This document shows positions 12,569-23,006 of a stretch of 64,000 nucleotides of DNA, piece after piece. The position numbers were made by a program, and so were the translations under genes. Numbering within the stretch: position 1 is the first letter of the stretch; each line of letters opens with the position of its first letter. The stretch covers positions 32,405 to 96,404 of the forward strand of contig BOXR01000001.1 of assembly GCA_019651095.1 (NCBI GenBank), given 5' to 3'. The stretch comes from Ectothiorhodospiraceae bacterium (GTDB lineage: Bacteria; Pseudomonadota; Gammaproteobacteria; GCA-002705445; GCA-002716945). The notes below the pieces were generated by a model, which did not search any database, was not told the origin of the DNA, and saw only the letters and a list, made by a program, of their open reading frames with translations.

Positions 12569-12716
12569 TTTTCTTCTCTGAATAAATCACATACTTTCTA
12601 ACAACAGGGTCGAATTTCTTGATCTCCATTTTGTCAGGCATAGTTTTTTTATTCTTTGTTGTAGTGTAAAAGTGTCCTGTTCCTGCGGATGAAACTAGTT
12701 TAATTTTCTCTCTCAT
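12561..12716 (-). CDS. rpmG: 50S ribosomal protein L33
   Basis: Own translation gives [51 protein letters not shown]. It is too short for the ORF track. Its ATG overlaps the rpmB stop (ATGA). Confidence 0.9.
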   Translation of the reverse strand: MREKIKLVSSAGTGHFYTTTKNKKTMPDKMEIKKFDPVVRKYVIYSEKKIK

Positions 12717-12940
12717 TGATCTAATCCATATTTAGTCAAAGCTGCATCTAAACCTAGTTTGTTTACTATTCTAAGCCCTTTATTCGAGAGAGTTAGTTTA
12801 ATAAACTTATTCTGTTTCTCAGACCATAGCCTGTGAGAGTGAAGGTTGGGTTCAAATGTGCGTCTAGTGCGGTTCTTGGCGTGGGACACGTTATTCCCAA
12901 CCATAACTCTTTTTTTTGTTATTTCGCATATTTTAGACAT
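12713..12940 (-). CDS. rpmB: 50S ribosomal protein L28
   Basis: [39 protein letters not shown]... The real start is the internal ATG at 12940. Confidence 0.92.
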   Translation of the reverse strand: MSKICEITKKRVMVGNNVSHAKNRTRRTFEPNLHSHRLWSEKQNKFIKLTLSNKGLRIVNKLGLDAALTKYGLDQ

Positions 12941-13016
12941 GATTTTGTAACTCAGTAATGATATCAGAAACCTAATCAGATACAATACTGTTTATTGTCT
13001 AAATTGAGAGAAAAAT

Positions 13017-13372
13017 ATGGATATTGTATTTATTAAAGAACTTTGTATTGAGACTGTTATAGGCATATATGACTGGGAGAGAAAGATAAAACAGTTCGTA
13101 TGCATTGATCTTGAGCTAGGAACAGATATCAGTAATGCATCAAATAGTGATGTGATTGATGATACTGTTGACTATAAGGCCGTTTCAAGACATTGAAATC
13201 ATTTATTGGTGATAGTGAATTTCAACTAATAGAGGCTCTTGCAGAGAGTCAGTAGCTGATTTTTGAGAAGTTTAATGTAAACTACATAAAAGGAAGATTT
13301 AGCAAACCGGGTGCTGTAACTGGTTCGAAAGAAGTGGGAGTCGTAATTGAGCGATATAGAGAGAGTACATAA
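13017..13372 (+). CDS. folB: dihydroneopterin aldolase, one frame change (about 13187-13192) plus an in-frame TAG at 13253..13255
   Basis: Own translation gives MDIVFIKELCIETVIGIYDWERKIKQFVCIDLELGTD...DYKAVS | KTLKSFIGDSEFQLIEALAESQ*LIFEKFNVNYIKGRFSKPGAVTGSKEVGVVIERY. It aligns with E. coli FolB along its whole length. Confidence 0.85.
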
Positions 13373-13373
13373 G

Positions 13374-13852
13374 GTTTATGTCGGTATTGGTAGTAACATA
13401 GAACCAATTGCACATATAAAAAATGTATAAAATCACTTAAGGAAAATTTTTCCAATTTGCAACTCTCCCCCATATATGAATCGTCATCAATGGGATTTGA
13501 TGGTCCAAACTTTTATAATTTAGCTGCCTTTTTTGAGACAAAGAATGATTTAGTATCACTAAAAAAATTATTGAATGATATTGAAACTCAAAATGGAAGA
13601 TCATTAGGAGAAGTTAAGTTTAGTTCACGAACACTAGATATAGATATACTCTACTATGACGATATTATTGATGAAGAAAAGAATATTCCAAGAAGTGAGA
13701 TTGTCAAATTCGATTTCGTCTTACGTCCTCTATACGATCTGGCTCCAGGGCACATTCACCCTAATACAAGAAAAACTCATAATAAGATGCTTGCTGATAG
13801 CATCTATCAGAAAATGATAATCAAAAGAATTTCCTTACCTCTAACAGTATGA
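13374..13852 (+). CDS. folK: 2-amino-4-hydroxy-6-hydroxymethyldihydropteridine diphosphokinase (HPPK), one frame change in the A6 run 13418..13423
   Basis: VYVGIGSNIEPIAHIK | KCIKSLKENFSNLQLSPIYESSSMGFDGPNFYNLAAFFET...RTLDIDIL. The start codon is uncertain. Confidence 0.85.
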
Positions 13853-14283
13853 ATTTGAAATATATTGTCTCATATCTTGGTCTTGTGCCTTTTCTTTATC
13901 TAATTTTAGATGGCTATTTCATAGAAATTCTTGACATAACTTTTATTTTAGATGTATCAATTTTTATGGCATGTATTATTTTTACATTTATAGGCGCATA
14001 TAACTGGGACTTTAAAAATAATAATTTTATTCTTGAATTGTATGGTTTCTTACCAAGCTTGTTTTCAATGATTATAATTATTCTTACCTTACTTGATTTT
14101 GATAGAGTAATCCTGATAAATGCTATAGTGTTTGCATTTTTATTGCAGTTGATTGCTGATTTGTTATTAACCCTTAGAGGGTTGTTCCCTACTGAATATT
14201 ATCTAAGATTACGTATTCCTATAACAGCTACTCTATCCCTGAGTTTGATAATTTTATCGCGGTTGTACGACTCACATATTTAG
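13849..14283 (+). CDS. small polytopic membrane protein (DUF3429-like)
   Basis: 144 aa with four predicted TM helices and an N-terminal YLGLVPFLYL motif. The family assignment is from memory only. Confidence 0.4.
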   Translation: MNLKYIVSYLGLVPFLYLILDGYFIEILDITFILDVSIFMACIIFTFIGAYNWDFKNNNFILELYGFLPSLFSMIIIILTLLDFDRVILINAIVFAFLLQLIADLLLTLRGLFPTEYYLRLRIPITATLSLSLIILSRLYDSHI

Positions 14284-15006
14284 TCGTCTGCCACCATCAA
14301 CATTAATATTCTGACCAGTAATATATGGTGCGCTATTTAGAAGAAAAAATATTGCTTTGGCTATGTCAAGTGGCTCGCCAGTAGATCTCATCGGTATTTT
14401 ACTTATAATATCTAGTTTTTTCTTCTTACTTGAATCACTCTCAGGCCACATGATAGCTCCAGGAGAAACTCCGTTTACTCTGATATGTGGAGCCAGATCT
14501 TTTGCAAGAGATCTTGTAAGTGCAAGCAAACCAGCTTTGCTAATATTGTAAATAATATGATCTTTAAGTGGTGGTTCCACATGAATATCGATAATGTTGA
14601 TGATAGCTCCTTTTCTTTTCTTTAATTCTGAAAATAAATGTTTTGATAAAAATAATGGTGCTTTTATATTTGTATCAATAGTATCAAGCCATACTTTCTC
14701 TGAGACATCATTAATTTTAGTTGGATAAAATTTAGATGCATTATTTATAAGATAATCTATTCGACCAAATATTTTTAAAATGTCATTCGTAACTTTCTTG
14801 TAATTCAAATTAGATTTAAACTCTACTCTATATATCTCACAAGATTTTTCTCGTTTAGAATTCAATGACTTCTTCAGTGCTCTTGCTGCACTTGCAGACT
14901 TACTATAAGTTATCAAAATATTCATCCCCTTTGAATGGAGATAGTTTGCTGTTTCCGCGCCTATTCTTCTCGCTCCACCAGTAATTAATACGACTTTATT
15001 CATCAT
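14272..15006 (-). CDS. short-chain dehydrogenase, pteridine reductase / FolM-like
   Basis: VVLITGGARRIGAETA Rossmann motif and the YNISKAG catalytic motif. It is adjacent to folB-folK. Confidence 0.75.
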   Translation of the reverse strand: MMNKVVLITGGARRIGAETANYLHSKGMNILITYSKSASAARALKKSLNSKREKSCEIYRVEFKSNLNYKKVTNDILKIFGRIDYLINNASKFYPTKINDVSEKVWLDTIDTNIKAPLFLSKHLFSELKKRKGAIINIIDIHVEPPLKDHIIYNISKAGLLALTRSLAKDLAPHIRVNGVSPGAIMWPESDSSKKKKLDIISKIPMRSTGEPLDIAKAIFFLLNSAPYITGQNINVDGGRRLNM

Positions 15007-15075
15007 TAATATATAATTACATAATCTAAAATTAATTTATACTGATTGTGAAGCAATTATTAGGAGAGACTAGAT

Positions 15076-16158
15076 TTGTTGAGAGAGAAACTAAAATTAA
15101 GAATGAAGGAAGATAAAAATATAAGTTTCTCAGAATATATGGAAATAATCCTCTTTGATAAAGATTATGGTCTTTATGAAAAAGACCAAGTATTAGGCAA
15201 AGAAGGTCACTTTATAACATCCCCATTAGTTTCAAAACATTTTTCTCATTGCATCGCAAAAAATTTTATCAGAGTTTCTAATGACGAAAAGATAAATTAT
15301 ATTTTAGAGTTTGGCGCTGGTAATGCTGAACTTGCGAGAGATTTGATTCTATATTTGAAAAAGAAAAAATGTCTACCAAAAAGATATTATTTCCTAGAGA
15401 AGTCATCCAAGTTGACAAAAATACAAAAGAAAGTGGTAGATGCTCTTGAACTAGGAGAATCTGTAGATTTTATTTGGATTAATAAATATGAAGACTTACC
15501 GAGTGAAGCATTTATTATAACTAATGAATTATTCGACTGTATTCCAACTGAAATTATTAAACATAAAAATAATTTATTTCATAAAGCTTATGTAAATGAT
15601 GAATTTAAAATATCATGGCAGGAATATGACCTGTTCTCAGAGATACAAGCTAAATACCTGTCGCTACCCAGTGAACTAATAGATAATTACTTGTTTGAGT
15701 TTAGTCCGGCACAATATGACATAATCAATAATATTAGTAGATACATTGACAAGGCTTATCTTCTAATTTTTGACTACGGTTATTCTGCAAATGAGCTGTA
15801 TATCGATGATAGGATGAACGGGACTATAGCATGTATTAAAGATCATTTATCCGATTTTAATCCGTTAGAGGATATTGGTGAGAAGGATGTAAGCTCCTTT
15901 GTGAATTTTTCATACCTTAAAAACATTTTAGAATATAACAAGTGGTCTCCTTATGCTTTTATGAGTCAAGCTAACTACTTACTAAGTTATGATATTCTAG
16001 ATGATATTGACATAGAAAATATAGGCGAATTAACGTCAATTAAAAAATTAATTATGCCAAATCAGATGGGTGAAATATTTAAAGTATTAATTGCTGGAAA
16101 GAATATGAAAAGTAACTCTAATAAGAATTTTATTAAAAATGACATAATGAAATTGTAA
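15076..16158 (+). CDS. SAM-dependent methyltransferase, MidA/NDUFAF7 (DUF185) family
   Basis: ISFSEYMEIILFDKDYGLYE...GHFITSPLVSKHFSHCIA...ILEFGAGNAELARD matches the MidA-family pattern. Confidence 0.7.
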   Translation: MLREKLKLRMKEDKNISFSEYMEIILFDKDYGLYEKDQVLGKEGHFITSPLVSKHFSHCIAKNFIRVSNDEKINYILEFGAGNAELARDLILYLKKKKCLPKRYYFLEKSSKLTKIQKKVVDALELGESVDFIWINKYEDLPSEAFIITNELFDCIPTEIIKHKNNLFHKAYVNDEFKISWQEYDLFSEIQAKYLSLPSELIDNYLFEFSPAQYDIINNISRYIDKAYLLIFDYGYSANELYIDDRMNGTIACIKDHLSDFNPLEDIGEKDVSSFVNFSYLKNILEYNKWSPYAFMSQANYLLSYDILDDIDIENIGELTSIKKLIMPNQMGEIFKVLIAGKNMKSNSNKNFIKNDIMKL

Positions 16159-16922
16159 TGGAAATAATAAATATATTTATATTATCCTTTATTCAGGGTG
16201 TGACAGAGTTTTTACCAATATCGAGTAGCGCACATCTAGTCTTATTATCTGAACTTAGTAATTTTCCTGATCAAGGACTAGGCTTTGATATTGCATTGCA
16301 TACTGGGTCTTTATTGGCGATATTGATCTATTTCAAGGATGAAATGAAAAAGATCTTTGTTATGACTGATGATGGTAGACACTATTTGAAGTTGATGATA
16401 TTTGCCTCAATACCATTACCAATTATTGGAATAATATTCATTGATTATGTTTCTCTCTATTTGAGAAATATTCAACCTATTGCGATAATGACCATAATAT
16501 TCGCTCTAGCTCTATATTTTGCAGATAAAAATAGAAAAGAGAGCAAAAAAATAATTAACTGCTCATACAGTCTCATGTTTTTTATTGGTCTAATGCAGAC
16601 CCTTGCAATAATGCCTGGTGTATCTAGGGCAGGTGTTGTTATCACAGCAGCATTGCTAGCTGGTTTCACAAGAAAAGATTCTATTAGAATATCTTTTCTT
16701 TTGTCAATACCTGCTATTTTTATGGCATCAACCTACCAAACTGTACAGTTTTTGAGTGCAGATGAGGTTATCATAATTAAAGATTATATCTTAGGGTTTT
16801 TACTTTCATTTGTATTCTCCTATTTAACTATTAGATTATTTATTTCAACAATTAATAAAGTGACTTTTTCTCCATATATAATATATAGAATTGTCTTAGG
16901 AACTATTTTACTGATTATCTAA
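16158..16922 (+). CDS. uppP: undecaprenyl-diphosphate phosphatase
   Basis: QGVTEFLPISSSAHL and PGVSRAGVVITAALLAGFTR motifs in a polytopic membrane protein. Confidence 0.93.
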   Translation: MEIINIFILSFIQGVTEFLPISSSAHLVLLSELSNFPDQGLGFDIALHTGSLLAILIYFKDEMKKIFVMTDDGRHYLKLMIFASIPLPIIGIIFIDYVSLYLRNIQPIAIMTIIFALALYFADKNRKESKKIINCSYSLMFFIGLMQTLAIMPGVSRAGVVITAALLAGFTRKDSIRISFLLSIPAIFMASTYQTVQFLSADEVIIIKDYILGFLLSFVFSYLTIRLFISTINKVTFSPYIIYRIVLGTILLII

Positions 16923-17977
16923 ATAATCTCTAATATGATCTTGTGCAAGTATTCTATGGGAATGTTCAATAACTTTTTTGATCTCATCATTTGGCTTTTT
17001 ACGGTCCTCTTTTTCTAATCTGAATTGATTTAATTTTTCTATGAATGATTGAAAAAAGTCAACCTTACCCTTATTTCCATCGTTGGTGTACACTTCAAAG
17101 AAATTTTTAAGTCTATCTTTTTTCTTATGTCGAGTTTTTTTACAATATCAATAAGCTGCTCATAGCTATCTGTATCTGGCTCATATTCTTCTATACTAGC
17201 TTTAGATTGATTTAGTAAATTTGCAAGATCTTTGTATTCATTTGGTATTTTTAGCTTTAGACAAAATTCATCAATATTAGATACCTCTTCATGAATAAAA
17301 CATGAAATCATATGTAGTTTGTTGCTCATATTTGGAGATAAACGAATCCCATCACTTTTTTTTGAATCGATATAAAGAACATTATCAGCGCCCAGATGAG
17401 TGAGCTCTTTTCTAAACAACCATGGATTATCAGATTTATACATTTCTAGCCAAACTCTCTCGCCAGTTAAATGATCTAACTCAGAACTCTCTATTATTTC
17501 TGAAACTTTATCAAGAGTCTCTGGTACTATTTCAAAGTCATCAAATCTGACCTTAAATCTTGCTAATCTTAAAACTCTGAGGGGATCCTCTGAAAATGCA
17601 TCAGATACATGTCTTAATTTTTTATTTTCAATGTCCTTTTGTCCATCAAATGGGTCTATGAGGGTTCCATGTTCATCCTCCGCTATCGCGTTAATGGTAA
17701 GGTCCCTTCTCTCCAAATCTTGTTCTAAAGTAACATTTGAATTAGTATCGAACTCAAAACCTGAGTAACCATGTCCAGATTTTCTCTCTGTCCTTGCAAG
17801 CGCATACTCTTCTCCCGTTTGAGGATGAATAAAAACAGGAAAATCTTTTCCAACCTGTCTAAAGCCTTGGGATTTCATTTCCTGAGGTGATGAACCTACA
17901 ACAACCCAATCTCTTTCCTTAGGTTGAAAACCAAGTAATCTATCACGAATTGCACCACCTACCAGGTAAGTCTTCAT
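16908..17977 (-). CDS. cca: CCA-adding tRNA nucleotidyltransferase, frame change near 17040-17095
   Basis: MKTYLVGGAIRDRLLGFQPKERDWVVVG...DLTINAIA. The C-terminal 61-aa ORF (16908..17093) continues the protein. I did not see an HD phosphohydrolase motif. Confidence 0.88.
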
Positions 17978-18915
17978 TATCTGCCCGCTTTTTTTCTATA
18001 AGTATCAAGTTTATTACTTTTTTTAGATAAATACGATGGAACTATCTCCTCAATAGTGGTTTTGCCTTTCAGGCCATCAGAACTTATATTATCCCTTTGA
18101 AGAGATTTAAGATTATCAAGTGTAAAAATATTACCTGGGACAAGATAGGTAAATCCGAGTGCTTGCAAATAAGACAGTGATAGTTTAGTGGAACTATAAT
18201 CGCTTAGTATTTGTAACTTTTAGTATAAATTTAATTAATTCAAGAAAAGTATAATTCTTTGGACCAGTCACATTTTAATCCTGATTATCATACTTACTAG
18301 TCAAGATTGATTCGACCACAAAGTTTGATAATCCTTCACATAAATTGGAGAAAATAAGGATTTAGGACATGCTAGAGGAAAAATAGGAATATATTTAAGC
18401 TAAACGGTTAAATCTGTTAAAAAACTGTCGCGTTCACCAAAACAATTGATGGTCTAAACACCACAGTCTTGAATTTTGTATCATTATTAGAGGATATGTA
18501 TCATCTGCTTTACCTTTTGATTGTAGATATTTGCTTGGTCCGTTCAATCTGCATTTAGAGCGCTTAAATGGATAAACTTAGCTACATTATTTTCTCTCGA
18601 CTTATTTACTAAGGTTTTTACAAAATTAAAATGAACATCGTCAAAAGTTATTTTTCTAGACTCATTCAAAATACCGACAGTATTAATAACAACGTGACTA
18701 TCCTTTAAGTATCTAGTGAACGAACTTGTATTTGATGGATCATACAAAAATAAGTCAACATTTTTAATGACTTTAATTTGTTTGCATTTTTCGATGTTAC
18801 GAGATAGCACTCTAATTTCCTTAAAGTGATCAGAAAGTTTGTAAACAAGTTCAAAAGCTATGAATCCTGAACCACCGAAAATAGTGAGGATCTTATCATT
18901 CATTATTTTATGCAA
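17977..18915 (-). pseudogene. NAD-dependent epimerase/dehydratase (NmrA/NDUFA9-like), heavily decayed in its middle third
   Basis: The N-terminus is intact (18544..18915, ILTIFGGSGFIAFEL...HLSALNAD) and so is the C-terminus (17977..18168). The stretch 18169..18543 can still be read as SKYLQSKGKAED / TVVFRPSIV / FGERDSFL / IPIFPLACPKSLFSPIYV / NVTGPKNYTFLELIKFILKVT, but only by changing frame or skipping stops at least seven times. Confidence 0.8.
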
Positions 18916-19421
18916 TGAGATTTAATTTCCCAGTTGTCATTATCAATCAAAATTTGCATATAGCACGGACCGCCATCATTATTTCTAGTATGTCCTGCAG
19001 CACCTGGATTTACAACCCAAGGGCTCTTGCTCATATCACATACTTGGTTATGTGTATGGCCATAAATAATTAACTTTGAATCAGGATGGGCGGCCCTCAA
19101 ATCGGCATGTGATGGATGATGACCAAATCTATCGCCATGCTCTACTGTCACAAGTTTGTTATTGATTGAAAACTGCTCTACCTTTTTCAATTCAGAGATA
19201 ATTTTTTTATCCTCTTCGTCTGGATATCTTTCAGGTAGATCATTGTTACCTGCAACAGCGATAACTCTCTTAGAATATGTCTTGAGTTTTTTAATGATAG
19301 AGGTACTCATGATATCTCCAGCATGGACAATCATATCTGAATCATTCAATACTGAGGTTATTTGATCATCGATTACTCCATGTGTATCTGAAATAACCGT
19401 GATTTTTCTTATATCATGCAT
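18903..19421 (-). CDS. metallophosphoesterase (YfcE/MJ0936-like)
   Basis: Motifs ISDTHG, HAGD, GNND, VEHGD and GHTH are present in the canonical order. Confidence 0.85.
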   Translation of the reverse strand: MHDIRKITVISDTHGVIDDQITSVLNDSDMIVHAGDIMSTSIIKKLKTYSKRVIAVAGNNDLPERYPDEEDKKIISELKKVEQFSINNKLVTVEHGDRFGHHPSHADLRAAHPDSKLIIYGHTHNQVCDMSKSPWVVNPGAAGHTRNNDGGPCYMQILIDNDNWEIKSHCIK

Positions 19422-19428
19422 CTAAGAA

Positions 19429-19788
19429 TTAAAAAATTGTACATCCATATATCTTAACGTCATCATCCTGAACGCCTAGTACCAATCTTCCTAAATACTC
19501 GCCAGGTACAGATTCACTAACCTGCTTAAAAACAACGGTAACGTACTCGTCTCTTTTTAAGCAACCTAATGCTTCAAAATCTGGGGATAATTTAGCTAAT
19601 ATTGGGCTATTAGCCCATTGTTTACCGAGAGTTACTTCGTCCGCACCCATAAGCATTTTTTTTGAGAAATTCTTGGTAAACCCGCCGTAGTCTTTGTTAT
19701 TAGAAGTCCTAATTAAGTCTTCCCACAACGGGTTAGCAATATCAATAATCTCTTGATCAGTTAGCTCTAAAAGCTTTGTCATTATCAA
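19429..19788 (-). CDS. hypothetical protein (about 117-119 aa) immediately downstream of aprA
   Basis: Clean ORF MTKLLELTDQEIIDIANPLWEDLIRTSNNKDYGGFTKNFSKKML...GRLVLGVQDDDVKIYGCTIF. A TTG at 19788 overlaps the aprA stop, and the ATG at 19782 lies 2 nt after it. I recognise no family. Confidence 0.55.
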   Translation of the reverse strand: MIMTKLLELTDQEIIDIANPLWEDLIRTSNNKDYGGFTKNFSKKMLMGADEVTLGKQWANSPILAKLSPDFEALGCLKRDEYVTVVFKQVSESVPGEYLGRLVLGVQDDDVKIYGCTIF

Positions 19789-21636
19789 GAAACTTTTTCT
19801 GTCTCTTCATCAACGATGTGATATAGAGGAGCTTTTTCACAAGTGAATTTACCTGTTTTAGGATCTCTTCTTGAGACTGTTAAACAATGCCAGTTATCGT
19901 CATCAAGTTTTAAAAAATCACCACGATAATAATAACCAGGCCAACGTGTTTCTTCACGGAACAAAGTATGTTCACAAACACATTGAGAAACTAAAGTTCT
20001 ATGTTTAAGCTCCCATGCTCTCATTAACTGGTGATAATCTTCAGCACCAATTTTTTCAAGATCTTCAGTTAGCGTATCGAGTAACTGAAGTCCTCTTTTG
20101 AGCATATTACCATTAGTCATATAGTTTGTTCCTATACCGCCCGCATAGTCATCCATAATCTTTTGCAGACGCTGAAGACCCTGAATTGGGAGTAAATAAC
20201 TAGGTGATACTGTACCTGCAGTTATCTCATTACGTCCAACGGTATAGTTTTCAAGAGGTTTGTAAACTTCCTCTTTATATTTTTCAATTTGGCTATCGGA
20301 AACTCTGATTCCAACAGCTTTTTGGTCTTTAATGTACTTGACGGCTGCTTTGGCACATAATCTACCCTCAGTAAATGAGCCTGAGGAGAATGCGTGTGCG
20401 GTTCCACCTGCGGCATCACCAGCAGCAAATAATCCATCAATGGTCATCATTCGATTATATCCCCAGAAATACTCTGGTGGAGATAAGTCCTCTGGACCAC
20501 TACACCAAGCTCCCGAACATGTTGCATGAGAACCCATTACATATGGTTCTGATGTTGTAAGTTCCGGGTTCTGATATTTAGGATCAATGTCTTGCGCAGC
20601 CCAAACGACCGCCTGTCCAACTGTCATTCCTAAAAAGTTTTCCCAACCGATTTCCTCAAGGTGAGGGTCTTGGAATGCTTCCATAGTTACCATATGGATA
20701 GGTCCACCTCCATGATTGTCTCTTGAATAAAGCATGGTTTCTTAGACAGGTTGGTGTTGGAACATGATCAAGGTACTCACCGACAATTGCTTTTGTGTTG
20801 TCATACCATTTTTTCTCATAGTTTTCGCCTGCTGCATTCTGTGTATAAGTTTTAAGGTGAAGGAAATAAGCTCCAACAGGACCATAACCATCTTTAAAAC
20901 GTGTCAATACAATTCTATTTTCCATTTGGGTCATCTTTGCACCAACAGCAATCGGTAATGCATAAGCAGAACCATTACTCCAAGGCGCATACCATGTACG
21001 GCCCATGCCCTCTCCAACTGATCTAGGTTTGAATATATGAGAGGCTCCACCTGCGGCACAGACGACAGCTTTAGCACGGAATACGTGGAACTCACCTGTA
21101 CGCATGTTGAACCCACATGCACCACCTATCCTGTTCTCTTTGGCTTCATCCATCAGCAAGTGAGTAATCATTACTCTATTGTAAATCTTATCTGCTGATT
21201 TTTTAGCTGCTTCAGCAACTATAGGCTTATAGCTCTCGCCGTGGATCATTATTTGCCATTTACCCTCTCTTTGATAACGGCCTGTTTCTTTATTTCTCAT
21301 CAATGGCAGACCCCACTCTTCAAACATGTGAACCGCGGAGTCAACATGTCGAGCCATATCATACGCAAGATCTTCTCGGACCATTCCCATTAGGTCATTG
21401 CGAGCATATCTCACATGATCTTCGGGGGCATTCTCACCCCACTGCATACCCATGTAGCAGTTGATGGCATATAGGCCTTGGGCAACAGCTCCACTTCTAT
21501 CAATATTTGCTTTCTCGGCCACAATGATTTTCATGTCTTTACCCCAGTATCTTGATTCAAACGCAGCGCCTGTTCCGGCCATACCGCCGCCTACAACAAG
21601 AATATCGCAATCTTCATAATGTGTTTTTCTAGCCAT
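19785..21636 (-). CDS. aprA: adenylylsulfate (APS) reductase alpha subunit, one frame change near 20720-20730
   Basis: DILVVGGGMAGTGAAFE FAD motif. The sequence ...VPTPTCLRNHAL then shifts to YSRDNHGGGPIHMVTMEAFQDPHLEEIGWENFLGMTVGQAV..., typical of AprA from sulfur oxidisers. Confidence 0.93.
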
Positions 21637-22127
21637 TAGTAATATACTCCCTGTTTTAGCTTACCGATTTTTGTCATTTCAGGTAGACCATCATTAGCAG
21701 TTTGCACTTCACCTGTTTTGAGATATTTTGGCTCATTGTACAGTAGCTCGCCGTCGTAAACATCTTTTGATGGAGATGGCTCTGTTGCTAACTCAGGAAT
21801 GTACTCTCCCCAAGGTTTAGTGGTAATTGGTGAACAGAAATTTTTCTCTGTACCGTTTCTGAACTTAATTTTCCAAGAAATAGTTCCTTTTTCTTCCTCT
21901 CTGAGTGCCCTTACGCTATGGCCCAGTGGTGAGAAATCAGCGTAACCACGAGCATCGATAGCATTTTGGTCACATGCTTTCACACAAGAGTAACATTCCC
22001 AACACATGTTTGGTTCTATGTTAACCGCACGCCTCAATGTTTTATCGATATGCATTATATCTGATGGACAGATATCTACACACATTCCACAACCATCACA
22101 TCTGGTCATATATACAAAAGTTGACAT
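21636..22127 (-). CDS. aprB: adenylylsulfate reductase beta subunit (2x[4Fe-4S])
   Basis: MSTFVYMTRCDGCGMCVDICPSDIMHID...CWECYSCVKAC, followed by an AprB-type C-terminal tail. Confidence 0.95.
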   Translation of the reverse strand: MSTFVYMTRCDGCGMCVDICPSDIMHIDKTLRRAVNIEPNMCWECYSCVKACDQNAIDARGYADFSPLGHSVRALREEEKGTISWKIKFRNGTEKNFCSPITTKPWGEYIPELATEPSPSKDVYDGELLYNEPKYLKTGEVQTANDGLPEMTKIGKLKQGVYY

Positions 22128-22156
22128 AATCTTATCTCCTTATTTCCATATAGTTA

Positions 22157-22948
22157 TTAATAATTCTTTGGTGACTCACGTCTTATTCCCAATCCAAATT
22201 GCTTTGGCTTGTCTGCAGGTTCAGGTAAATTGCTGTTTGAACCATCAGCCTTAGCTAAGTGTTTCTGTATTGCTGCTCCAGGTTTGTAAAACATATGAGC
22301 AAATTTTGACCAATATACTCCCCCAAACAAAACTACATTTGAGACTATGAATAACAACAAAAACAAACCGCTAAGAATTGATCCTGAGCTTTGTGTTATT
22401 GACCATAATAATGCTGTAGATTGAGATGCTAATAATGCTAGTACAAATAAATCCGCGAACATAACATGATACCAAGGATGTCCCTCGGCAGACACGTTTA
22501 CTCTTATTGAGAACCAGAACCAAAAACCGCCCACGCATGTCATTATTGCACCAATGTGCCATAACATAGGTAGCATAGCTGGCGCCGCAGAAGAAGGTGT
22601 TGAATAGCTGAAAATTAACATTGCGGATGTTACCCAGAAAATTATAGTTCCATACATCCCTAATAAGTGTGCTGCTCGTCTTTGAAATGTACAAAATTCT
22701 GAAGAAGTCATGATGTCAGATGCGACTGTCTTTGCAATTATTGATGCTTTTTCACCGGATGATAATTCTCTTGTTGCAGCTTGTTTTGCTTTTTTTGCGT
22801 TTTCGAAAAAATATTTTACATTCTTTTTGTGCATCATATCGAGCACGACCCCTGCTATAACCAATATAACCATTGCAATTAAGAATGCCTGCATTGCAAT
22901 TGATGGTATAGTTGCTCCTAAATCTGAAAATGGATTGTAAGCTAGCAT
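22157..22948 (-). CDS. aprM: AprM membrane anchor of APS reductase (QmoC/HdrE-like membrane domain)
   Basis: 263-aa polytopic membrane protein directly upstream of aprBA in the sat-aprM-aprB-aprA order known from sulfur oxidisers. A GGGAGA Shine-Dalgarno precedes it. Confidence 0.75.
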   Translation of the reverse strand: MLAYNPFSDLGATIPSIAMQAFLIAMVILVIAGVVLDMMHKKNVKYFFENAKKAKQAATRELSSGEKASIIAKTVASDIMTSSEFCTFQRRAAHLLGMYGTIIFWVTSAMLIFSYSTPSSAAPAMLPMLWHIGAIMTCVGGFWFWFSIRVNVSAEGHPWYHVMFADLFVLALLASQSTALLWSITQSSGSILSGLFLLLFIVSNVVLFGGVYWSKFAHMFYKPGAAIQKHLAKADGSNSNLPEPADKPKQFGLGIRRESPKNY

Positions 22949-23000
22949 GTTTTCTCCCTATCTTAATATTCTGCAGTTTATGAATAACTGCTCGAACAAC

Positions 23001-23006
23001 ATTATA
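23001..23006 (-). promoter_or_regulatory. possible -10 box (TATAAT) for aprM-aprB-aprA
   Basis: Perfect TATAAT on the minus strand 52 nt upstream of the aprM ATG, within the 136-nt sat-aprM spacer. The -35 is poor, and such AT-rich matches are common by chance. Confidence 0.25.

Noticed and set aside
18169-18543. An apparent 375-bp non-coding gap that might host an ncRNA or mobile-element remnant
   Set aside because: Translation with frame changes recovers the middle of the flanking epimerase-like gene, so it is decayed coding sequence. No repeats or structured-RNA features were seen.
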